From Planktothrix sp. GU0601_MAG3 (GTDB lineage: Bacteria; Cyanobacteriota; Cyanobacteriia; Cyanobacteriales; Microcoleaceae), in NCBI GenBank assembly GCA_035193785.1, contig CP136572.1:1280001-1344000 (forward strand): a stretch of DNA of 64,000 bases, given 5' to 3'. This document shows, piece after piece, positions 20,324 to 29,559 of this stretch. Each line of letters opens with the position of its first letter. Within the stretch, counting starts at the first letter, position 1. The notes beneath the pieces were generated by a model. The model searched no databases. It was not told where the DNA came from and saw only the letters and a list, made by a program, of their open reading frames with translations. Both the position numbers and the translations under genes were made by a program.

Positions 20324-21640
20324 TTATTTTTCCTCCTCAACATACATCTTTCCATTGGGCATTGTTGCTCCTTTTAACTGAACATCGCGTAAATTTGCTC
20401 CCTCTAAATCTGCCCCTTTTAAATTAGCACCGCGTAAATTTGCTCCTTGTAAATAGGCATTTTGGAGGTTAGCTTTACTTAAATTAGCACCGCGTAAATC
20501 TGCTCTTGCCAAATTAGCTTCTTGTAAATTAGCCCGTTCTAAATACGCCCCTAATAAATTAGCCCGTTCTAATTTTGCACCTTTTAAATTTGCTTTTTGC
20601 AAATCCGTATCTTCTAAACTAGCTCCTTCTAATACAGCATCAATTAATTGAGCTTGATTCAAGTTAGCTTGATTAAGTTTAGCATAGCCTAACTTAGCTT
20701 TTTCTAAATTAGCCTTTTCTAAATTAGCTTTTTCTAGTTTTGCTAACCATAACACGGCTTCTGATAGGTTAGCATTTGTTAAATCAGCCCCATTCAACAT
20801 AGCATTTCCCAAATTGGCTTTAGTTAAATTAGCTTCGGTTAAAATTGCATTTTGTAAATTAGCTTCTGCTAAGTTAGCATTTGTTAAATTAGCCCCATTC
20901 AGATTAGCATTTCCTAATTTTGCCTGTTTCAGATTCGCTGAAGTTAAATTAGCAGTCAATAAATTAGCTGATTCTAAATTAGCCGATTCTAAATTGACTT
21001 GACGTAAATCAGCCTGTATAAATATAGTATTATTGAGTTGAGTATTTTTTAAGTTAGCTTGCCATAAATTAGCCTGTTGTAAATCAGCATTATTCAGGTT
21101 TGCTCCGGTTAAATTAGCATATCCTAAATTAGCTCTTGCCAGTTGACTATCGCGTAAATCAGCCCCGGCTAAGGTCGCACCGCGTAAATCAGCTAACTCT
21201 AAATTTGCATCATTCAAATCGGCATTTTCTAAGTTGGCTTTCCATAAATAGGCTTCTCTTAAATTAGCTTTTTTTAAATTAGCTTTACTCAAATTACATT
21301 CAGGACATTTATTTGTTTGTAACAGAGTTTCTTGGGGGTTTTGAGGTTTATTCTTTGAAGATGATGCGGTTAAACGAGATTTTTCGGTTTGCAAACTGTG
21401 ACTCAGGCGACTATTTTCCACCCAAATCCCCATCGCTATTAATGTACTTAAAACCGCTACAACTGGCAAAATGATATTGGCAATTGTTTTCCTCGGTAAT
21501 CGGGTTAAAGGGTCTGATTTTTTACCTAAATCCGGTGATTCTAAACTGGACAAGGGATTGGGAGAATCAAAGTGTTCTTTTGAGTTCGGTTCTAGCATTT
21601 TTTCTAGTGATTCTATCCTTTTGGGCTTGACAGAAGGCAA
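20324..21640 (-). CDS. Membrane-anchored pentapeptide-repeat protein
   Basis: One TM segment, LLQTNKCPECNL cap and a long run of A(N/D)Lxx repeats. Confidence 0.92.
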   Translation of the reverse strand: MPSVKPKRIESLEKMLEPNSKEHFDSPNPLSSLESPDLGKKSDPLTRLPRKTIANIILPVVAVLSTLIAMGIWVENSRLSHSLQTEKSRLTASSSKNKPQNPQETLLQTNKCPECNLSKANLKKANLREAYLWKANLENADLNDANLELADLRGATLAGADLRDSQLARANLGYANLTGANLNNADLQQANLWQANLKNTQLNNTIFIQADLRQVNLESANLESANLLTANLTSANLKQAKLGNANLNGANLTNANLAEANLQNAILTEANLTKANLGNAMLNGADLTNANLSEAVLWLAKLEKANLEKANLEKAKLGYAKLNQANLNQAQLIDAVLEGASLEDTDLQKANLKGAKLERANLLGAYLERANLQEANLARADLRGANLSKANLQNAYLQGANLRGANLKGADLEGANLRDVQLKGATMPNGKMYVEEEK

Positions 21641-21797
21641 TTATGTCTTAACTTTCATAACACAATTTTCTACCGATGAGGAGGGGGTTAAGTCTCCAAA
21701 CCGAGATAATTTTTTTCATAATTTTATCCTAAATTAATATAATTTGTACAATTTATTGCCAATATAGCTATAATATAATAGTTCTGATTATAAGTCT

Positions 21798-24367
21798 ATG
21801 TCACAATGTGATTCTCCCCTTAATTCCCAACAACATCGCCTAAAACTGACCATTCAAGGAACAGTGCAAGGCGTTGGCTTTCGTCCGTTTATTTATCGCC
21901 TCGCAACGGAGTTAAACTTGACGGGATGGGTGAATAATTCGGTTAGGGGTGTCTTAATTGAAGTGGAAGGTTTGCGGGAGAATTTAGAACAGTTTAAAGA
22001 TCGAATTTTACAGGAAAAACCTCCCCAATCTGAAATCCAAAGTTTAGAATCACTTTGGTTACCAATTCTGGGTTACTCTCAATTTGAAATACAGGTTTCT
22101 GAATCCACAAACCATCCTCAAAAAACCGCTATTATTTTACCGGATTTATCGACCTGTTCTGACTGTTTACAGGATATTTTTGATCCAGAAAATCGCCGTT
22201 ATCAATACCCCTTTACTAATTGTACCAACTGTGGGCCGCGTTATTCAATTATTCGGGATTTACCCTATGATCGAAATCAGACCACCATGGCAATATTTAC
22301 TATGTGTTCCGATTGTCAAAAGGAATATCATAATCCCTTAAATCGTCGGTTTCACGCCCAACCTAATGCTTGTCCCGCTTGTGGGCCACAATTAGAATTA
22401 TGGGATAAAAACGGTAAGGTTATTGCTAGTTTAAATCAAGCTCTCAAACAAGCTGCGGATATTATTATTTCAGGTAAAATTTTAGCGTTAAAAGGATTAG
22501 GTGGATTTCATTTAATTGTTGATGCGAGGAATGAAATCGCCGTCCAGAATTTACGTCAACGTAAACGCCGCCCCGCTAAACCTTTGGCGGTTATGTATCC
22601 TAATTTAGAACAGGTAAAACAGGATTGTTTGGTTTCGGAATTGGAAGAAAAGTTATTATCTTCTCCTGCTACTCCGATTGTTTTGTTACGTCAAAAGGCT
22701 ACAAGGATTTCTCCCTCGGTAGCACCGGAAAATCCATACTTAGGGGTGATGCTACCCTACACCCCCATCCATCATTTATTATTAGCAGAATTGAACTTTC
22801 CTGTCGTCGCAACCAGTGGAAATTTTGCTAGTGAAACCGATTTGTATTGATGAAGCGGAAGTGGTGACTCGCCTGAATACCATAGCGGATTTTTTCTTAG
22901 TTCATAACCGCCCCATCCTTAGACCTATTGATGATTCGATTGTTAGAATTATTGCTAATCAAGAAATGGTGCTGCGTCGGGCGAGGGGTTACGCTCCCTT
23001 ACCGATTTCCCTACCTGACCCTATAGGCGCAAACAGATCCCCATTCTATCAATTTAACTTTAGTTTATCACAGTCTGCTGATTTGTCAATAGAAAAGCCC
23101 ATAAAAATTTTAGCTTTAGGCGGACATTTAAAGAGTACAATTGCGATAGCCTTCGGCTGGGCGGAGCCCATCGCATTTAATCAAAAAGCCTTCTTAAGTC
23201 AACATATTGGGGACTTAGAAAACCCCCTAGCTTTAGCAGCATTTCAAGAGGTGATTAATAGTCTGAGTAATATCTATGATTTTCAACCTAATATCATTGT
23301 TTGTGACGCTCATCCCGACTATTATTCGACGCAATTTGCAGAAAAGTTATCTCAACAAAATCAACAACAGCTAGAAACCTTAACAACTATTCCGATAGTC
23401 CGAGTTCAACATCATATCGCCCATGTTTTTGCTGTCATTGCTGAACATAATTTATCACTTCCCCTGCTGGGAATTGCTTGGGATGGAAACTGGATATGGA
23501 CTCGATGGCACTATTTGGGGGGGAGAGTTTTTTCAAGTTACAGAAACCCAAATTCAACGTATTGCTTCCTTTCGTCAGTTTCCCCTTCTTGGGGGAGATA
23601 AAGCAATATCTGAACCTCGAAGAATTGCGTTAGGATTACTCTATGAATTATGGGGAAATGACCTATTTAATTCTGGGATGAATTTAGAGTTTATGGCATC
23701 TTTTCAACCCCAAGAATTAAAAATTATGCAAACTATGTTAAACCGCCAATTAAATACCCCCCTAACTTCTAGTGTGGGTAGGTTATTTGATGGAGTTGCT
23801 AGTTTATTAGGAATTTGTCAAAAGGTGAGTTTTGAGGGCGAAGCGGCTATGGCCTTAGAATTTGCTATTGATAATTTAGAAATAGATGAATATTACCCGT
23901 TTGCATGGTTAGATACCCCCCAGCATCTTTTAGAAAAGGGGGAGAATAGAAGGGATTTTGATCCCCCCCAACCCCCCTTAAAAAGGGGGGAGAATATTGG
24001 TAATATGAGTTATAGTTGTAGGTATTATCTTAATTGGGAACTAATAATTAAAGGGATATTAGAGGATAAAATCAACCAAAAACCGATTAATTTAATTGTA
24101 GCTAAATTTCATAATAGTTTAGTGGAAGCGGTGGTAGAAATTAGTAAGAAATTAGGCGAAAAAACTATAACTTTAAGTGGGGGATGTTTTCAGAATAAAT
24201 ATTTAATTGAACGCACAATATCCCGGCTTTGTCAAGAAAAATTTCAGGTTTATTGGTCACAAAAAAATCCCCCAAATGATGGAGGAATAGCCCTAGGACA
24301 AGTCGCATTTTTAATTAATCATCAACAATTTGCGCCCAATCAGGGAAAGAGGGAGGAAAGTAGTTGA
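21798..24367 (+). CDS. hypF: [NiFe]-hydrogenase maturation carbamoyltransferase HypF (frameshifts at ~22835 and ~23488)
   Basis: GTVQGVGFRPF, CxxC zinc fingers, RRFHAQPNAC, KGLGGFHL and TSGN; joins SEPI and DGTGYG; HHIAH, TSSVGRLFD, LSGGCFQN, NDGGIALGQ. Confidence 0.95.
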
Positions 24368-24878
24368 TTTCATAATTAGAGTTTTCCCATTCTTGTACCC
24401 AGAGGGGAATTTTTCCCGGTTCAGGAGTACGAGCAAATTGTCTTTCCTTCACCTCAATGATCCGAAAAATTTGCTTGAGGGTATCTCCTCTGTCCAAAGC
24501 CTCACAAAGCAGATCATCGAGTTCAGGAGCCACCCGTTTGACTCGGGTTTTTTCATCTTCAACCCACAATAATTTTAAAGACTCTAAATTGCGGGGACTT
24601 AACTTACTTTTAAAATAGACTCGCTTGAGGGTCGCAACTGGGTCTAAACTGCGTTCCACTCGACGAATTTGTTGTAAACGAAGGTAATGCCATTCCGCTA
24701 ATCTTAAGCGTTCTTCAGGACTAATTAACTGTTTGCTAGTGGCGTGTCTCAAACCATATTTCGCTTGAGAACAACCTAAATTTGCTAACAGATGAATTAA
24801 CTCTCGTTCCTTCGGTGTTGCCTGTCGTCGAACGATCGTATTAGTTGCTGCACGTTGCCTTTTGGTTTCCGTTTCCAT
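24315..24878 (-). CDS. Hypothetical basic protein of unknown family
   Basis: 187-aa ORF converging on and overlapping the hypF 3' end; no recognised motif. Confidence 0.5.
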   Translation of the reverse strand: METETKRQRAATNTIVRRQATPKERELIHLLANLGCSQAKYGLRHATSKQLISPEERLRLAEWHYLRLQQIRRVERSLDPVATLKRVYFKSKLSPRNLESLKLLWVEDEKTRVKRVAPELDDLLCEALDRGDTLKQIFRIIEVKERQFARTPEPGKIPLWVQEWENSNYEINYFPPSFPDWAQIVDD

Positions 24879-25604
24879 TTGTCTACCAGCCCATTACAAG
24901 AGATAAAATTTCAACTCAACTCAGGTTGTCCTAGATGGTTTTTGATGTGTGAGCACCATTTTCCGTAAATCAAAGGCTACAAGCATCCTCAGACTCACGG
25001 ATGGGTTTGTAGACAAACGGTATGGACTTGATGATATTTCAACTCAATGGGGTGAGGGCGTCAAGTCGAATGGGAATCTATTGCAGCCAATACCCTTTTT
25101 ATTTGAGAGAGAATTTGAGTTAACACGCAGCAAAGATCAATCTAAAGGCAGCTTAACCTAAAATTTGAAACTGTTCTTGAATTGGCTATCAATTCAGTCA
25201 TTTTTAAGGAAAAGTGGGTGATTGCAAAAGACCGCTTGAAATCTTTTAAATCTGCCTGCCATAATTAACATAGACTCGCATATCTCGATTGATCAATAAC
25301 TCAGACGTGACTTGTCCGTAGTGTCCATGTTTGTCCAACTAACCCATCAGGGGTTCACAGGAAAGCCATCAGGGAAGTTGGTCAGTCTGGGAGTTTTGCT
25401 ATCGGGTGCATCTTTTATTTTCCTCAATAGACTATTACTATATTTAATCATAGCCTATCGGGTTAGTCCCTTTTTCGTCTTAATTGATACTTTGTAAAAG
25501 TTGATGTTTAGGATGGGGGGGTGCTGACCCGGATTTTTATTACTAATTATTCTAATATTTATTGATTTCATGGAATAATAACTTCCAAGGTTGAGGATGC
25601 ACTT

Positions 25605-26720
25605 ATGCGGCTACAGGCTTTGGATGTATTTCGGGGAATTGCGATCGCCAGTATGATATTAGTCAATAATCCGGGTAGTTGGGATTATGTCTATCCTTGG
25701 CTGGATCATGCCGAATGGAATGGTTGTACTCCGACGGATTTAGTATTTCCCTTTTTTCTATTTATTGTCGGGGTAGCCATGGCTTTTTCTTTGTCTAAAT
25801 ATACCCAAGAATATCGAGCACCGGAAACGATTGTTCCTAAATCGATTTATCTACAAATTGCTCGACGATCTGGGATATTATTTTTATTGGGATTACTCCT
25901 AAATGGATTTCCCTATTATAACCTCGCCGACATTAGAATTATGGGGGTTTTACAACGGATTGGGGTGGCTTATTTTTTGGCTGCGATCGCAATTTTTCAC
26001 CTCTCCAAAAAAGGATTATGGCTACTTAGTGGTGGTATTCTATTAAGCTATTATCTCCTAATGCAATTTGTTTTTGTTCCGGGTTATGGCATCGGAAACC
26101 TCACCCCGGAAGGAAATTTTGCCGCCTATATTGATCGCCTAATTTTAGGTCAACAACATTTGTGGAAAGGGGGATTTTATGATCCCGAAGGACTGTTTAG
26201 TACCTTTCCCGCCATCGTTACCGTTTTAGGTGGATATTTAACCGGAAATTGGCTTAGAAAACAACCAATTAGAACCGATACCAGTGCTAGTTTAGTCGTA
26301 TTTGGAATTAGTTGTTTTGTAATTGGTTATTTATGGGGAGAATTGTTTCCCCTAAATAAATCCCTGTGGACAAGTTCCTTTGTTATCGTTACCGTTGGCT
26401 GGTCATTACTTTTGTTAGCTTGCTGTTATGAAACCATAGAAGTCCGCCGATGGACAAAATGGGGATTTCCCTTTAAAGTTATGGGATTAAACGCCTTAAC
26501 AATATTTGTGGCTTCTGGTTTTGTGGGCAGAATTTTGAATTTAATTAAAATTGGCGATTCCCCTCAAGCTCCCAGCGCGAAAACTTGGCTGTATGAAACC
26601 CTATTCCAGTCGGGGTTCGGGGCGATGAATGGATCTCTAGCCTTTGCGATCGCTACCCTGTTATTTTGGTGGTTGGTTTCCTATTTGATGTATCGTCAGG
26701 AATGGTTTGTGAAAGTTTGA
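25605..26720 (+). CDS. Membrane acyltransferase, heparan-alpha-glucosaminide N-acetyltransferase (HGSNAT/DUF5009) family
   Basis: RLQALDVFRG, MILVNNPG, HAEWNG, DLVFPFFLF, GVLQRI, DPEG, NKSLWTSS. Confidence 0.88.
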   Translation: MRLQALDVFRGIAIASMILVNNPGSWDYVYPWLDHAEWNGCTPTDLVFPFFLFIVGVAMAFSLSKYTQEYRAPETIVPKSIYLQIARRSGILFLLGLLLNGFPYYNLADIRIMGVLQRIGVAYFLAAIAIFHLSKKGLWLLSGGILLSYYLLMQFVFVPGYGIGNLTPEGNFAAYIDRLILGQQHLWKGGFYDPEGLFSTFPAIVTVLGGYLTGNWLRKQPIRTDTSASLVVFGISCFVIGYLWGELFPLNKSLWTSSFVIVTVGWSLLLLACCYETIEVRRWTKWGFPFKVMGLNALTIFVASGFVGRILNLIKIGDSPQAPSAKTWLYETLFQSGFGAMNGSLAFAIATLLFWWLVSYLMYRQEWFVKV

Positions 26721-26770
26721 AACCCGAAATCGCTACAATATCAGAGAATGACCATTAGCAGCAAAATGTT

Positions 26771-27374
26771 ATGATCCCAACCGTTATTGAACAATCGGGT
26801 CGTGGCGAAAGAGCCTTTGATATCTATTCTCGGCTATTACGCGATCGAATTATTTTCCTCGGACAACAGGTAACAGCAGATTTAGCTAACTTAATTGTGG
26901 CCCAGATGCTGTTCCTCGATGCTGAAGACCCGGAAAAAGATATCTACCTCTATATCAACTCCCCAGGAGGTTCGGTGTCGGCGGGTTTAGGGATTTTTGA
27001 CACCATGAAACCACATCCGCCCCGATGTTTCTACTATTTGTTTGGGGTTAGCCGCTAGTATGGGGGCGTTTCTGTTGAGTGCGGGGGCCAAGGGTAAACG
27101 GATGAGTCTTCCCCACTCGCGGATTATGATCCACCAACCATTAGGGGGCGCCCAAGGACAGGCGACGGATATTGAGATTCAGGCCAGGGAAATTTTGTAT
27201 CTGAAAAAACGCCTGAATCAACATTTAGCCGACCACACCGGTCAGCCCCTATCCCGGATTGAAGACGACACCGAACGGGATTTCTTTATGTCGGCGGAAG
27301 AATCCATGCAGTACGGTTTAATTGACCAAGTAATTAACCGTCGTCCCTCGGTTTCTAATCCGGTTGTGAGTTAA
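26771..27374 (+). CDS. clpP: ATP-dependent Clp protease proteolytic subunit (frameshift at ~27009)
   Basis: [14 protein letters not shown] and YINSPGGSV; join TMNHIRPDV; then GLAASMG, IMIHQP and RDFFMSA. Confidence 0.96.
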
Positions 27375-27440
27375 TCAATTTTCAAGTTGTCCTCCCGTCT
27401 GGGAGGCACTGTTCACCAGTCCAACTTCTAAAATCAAGCG

Positions 27441-27531
27441 GTAGGGGCGAATGGCCATTCGCCCCTACCAATTCCCGATTCCCGATTCCCGCCTCCCCGC
27501 CTCCCCCGCTCCCCCCGCCTCCCCTGCTCCC
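27441..27531. repeat. REP-like palindrome GTAGGGGCGAATGGCCATTCGCCCCTAC followed by short tandem repeats
   Basis: Perfect 28-nt palindrome at 27441-27468, then (ATTCCCG)n and C-rich octamers. A related GT.GGG..CCCCTAC element lies at 33782-33844. Confidence 0.85.
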
Positions 27532-27534
27532 TAG

Positions 27535-29058
27535 CTACTGAACTAACCACAACGTATCCAAATAATTAATCCGGGCGGAGGGACTCAAGGCGGTTAAGAC
27601 CTGTTCTCCGTAACTCCGATGTAAGACCCGACTATCAAATAGGGCGACAACCCCCTGACTATCCCGTACCGTGGCAACGGCTCGTTGGAGTTCACTTAAT
27701 GCTTTTGGTAATAAATAAAACCGGAACCAATCCCGATGTTGTTGTTTATAGTAGGCGACCTGTCCAGCAACTAAAGGATCTTCTAAAGAAGGAATAGGTA
27801 AGGTGGCGATCGCTAATAAATGGGGAGAAGGTAAACGGCCTTGATGTTCTCGCCAAAATTCCCAACCCGTTACTAGAACTGCATTTTCCGGCAAATTCGT
27901 GGTTTCTACCCGTACCCGAGAACCAAATTCCGCCGCCATTGCCGTACTCACTTGGGCTTTCAACGGAACATCCCCGACTAATATAACACTGAATCCTCGA
28001 ACCAGTAAACTCATAGATAAAATAGTGTAAAGCTCTTTAATCAAAGTCGATTGATACTGGGGAGTATTGGGTAAAGGAAAACCCGAGGGGATATAAAGTT
28101 GGATCAGTTGGCTTTGTCGATCCGGGGTAAATTTTACCCCCGTAATTTCTCCGAGTCCCACCCCTTGGCGATAAATCGGAGCCTGTTTGTCTAAATCTAA
28201 AGCCCCTCCAATCAAAACCACGGGCTGTTGGGGCCAAAGGGGACTTAACTCCGATGCCACATCCACCGGCCCACAAAACAGAGAAAAGGTTCCCAATGTC
28301 CGATCCACCACCACCCATTTTAGCTGTCCCGGTCGTTGCCAACGTTGCCAAAACCTCTGCCATTCAGACAACTGGGGATCAACAAGTCCATACAATTGTT
28401 CAATTATTTCCTGTTCTGGACTGTCTAAAACATAACACTGATAGGGATTGGGGGGATGTTGGAATAAAATCCGAGTTAGGTGTATGCGGGTGTCTCGAAT
28501 GGTTTCCCCCTGTTGGGGTTGCTGCTGCATCAAATCATTCCAGTCCTGGGGATGCAAACTAACCGTTAGGGTTTGGCGTGTCCAGGTTTCCAAATCATCA
28601 ACCCCATCAATCACCGTCAGAATTTGCTCAGGAAAGCGGTGATCCTCCCGGAAGCGACTGGATAACCAGGCTGAAGGCGTTGTTAATAAAACCCCCGAAA
28701 AGCTATCATCGGGCCAGGAATCCCCTCGAAGAATGGGTTTATTAGTAATCAGGTCAGGATGGTTGAGGGTTTCTGGGTTAATCCAGGGTTGCAAATTCAG
28801 TCGTTGGAGTTCGTCCAAAATCCCATCGGGTGCTACCACAATTACTGGTTGGTGCCAGACTAATAACGGTATCCAGTAACTCAACCGATAGGAATGATGA
28901 TAGTGGCTGGGGGGAATCCCCGTTTGAATTAAAGCATCCCGTCCCAAACGTAACGCCCGAGCCACTAGGCGGGCCATGGTCAGGTGATGGGGCCATAGGG
29001 CTTCGGTTTGGGACTTGAGCAGGTTTCGCAGTAAATTATGGACTTCAACTTCTATCAA
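27535..29058 (-). CDS. DinG-like ATP-dependent helicase C-terminal domain protein
   Basis: MIEVEVH..WPHHLTMARLVARALR and C-terminal LPIPSLEDP..WFRFYLLP..VVALFDSRV..RSYG. Confidence 0.78.
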   Translation of the reverse strand: MIEVEVHNLLRNLLKSQTEALWPHHLTMARLVARALRLGRDALIQTGIPPSHYHHSYRLSYWIPLLVWHQPVIVVAPDGILDELQRLNLQPWINPETLNHPDLITNKPILRGDSWPDDSFSGVLLTTPSAWLSSRFREDHRFPEQILTVIDGVDDLETWTRQTLTVSLHPQDWNDLMQQQPQQGETIRDTRIHLTRILFQHPPNPYQCYVLDSPEQEIIEQLYGLVDPQLSEWQRFWQRWQRPGQLKWVVVDRTLGTFSLFCGPVDVASELSPLWPQQPVVLIGGALDLDKQAPIYRQGVGLGEITGVKFTPDRQSQLIQLYIPSGFPLPNTPQYQSTLIKELYTILSMSLLVRGFSVILVGDVPLKAQVSTAMAAEFGSRVRVETTNLPENAVLVTGWEFWREHQGRLPSPHLLAIATLPIPSLEDPLVAGQVAYYKQQHRDWFRFYLLPKALSELQRAVATVRDSQGVVALFDSRVLHRSYGEQVLTALSPSARINYLDTLWLVQ

Positions 29059-29083
29059 ATTCGTTCAGAAACATAGCGGGGAA

Positions 29084-29213
29084 TGGGGAGTAGGGGAGGT
29101 AGGGGGAGCAGGGGGAGCAGGGGGAGTAGGGGAGCAGGGGAAGCAGGGGAGGCAGGGGGAGCAGGGGGAGTAGGGGGAGTAGGGGAGCAGGGGAGCAGGG
29201 GAGGCAGGGGGAG
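29084..29213. repeat. G-rich octa/nonamer tandem repeat (GGGGAGCA)n
   Basis: Roughly 15 imperfect copies. The complementary unit occurs at 52607-52782 and 55579-55630. Confidence 0.9.
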
Positions 29214-29547
29214 CAGGGCAGGACTGTTTTAAAGTCAGGTTAAAAAGAGTAAAGAAAGAGCGATCGCAACCTGATAAACTAGAGAGCGATCGCCATTTTT
29301 TTCTAAAATAAAGATGCTAACAAGTTTAATAGAAAATTTAAAAGAAGTCAAGGATTTCCGAAAAAGTTAGGGAAAAAGGTATAGCTTATGGTAAGTGCTA
29401 TTAGTAGTAGTTTTCCGGGTAATGTCAGGGCATCAAGGATATCGAGAGATCGAATATTTTGTTAAAGCCAACGAAGTTATCCTGAAAAGAACATTCAATA
29501 TCTATTATAGATACTCATTTATAATTTTCAAACAGGAAACGGCCCTG
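29214..29547 (+). mobile_element. Internally deleted ISAs1-family (H-repeat) insertion sequence remnant
   Basis: Ends CAGGGC...GCCCTG with imperfect inverted repeats. From 29314 it reads MLTSLIENLKEVKDFRKS*GKRYSLW*VLLVVVFRVMSGHQGYREIEYF, like an ISAs1 transposase N-terminus with two stops. Confidence 0.7.
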
Positions 29548-29559
29548 CCCCCTGCTCCT

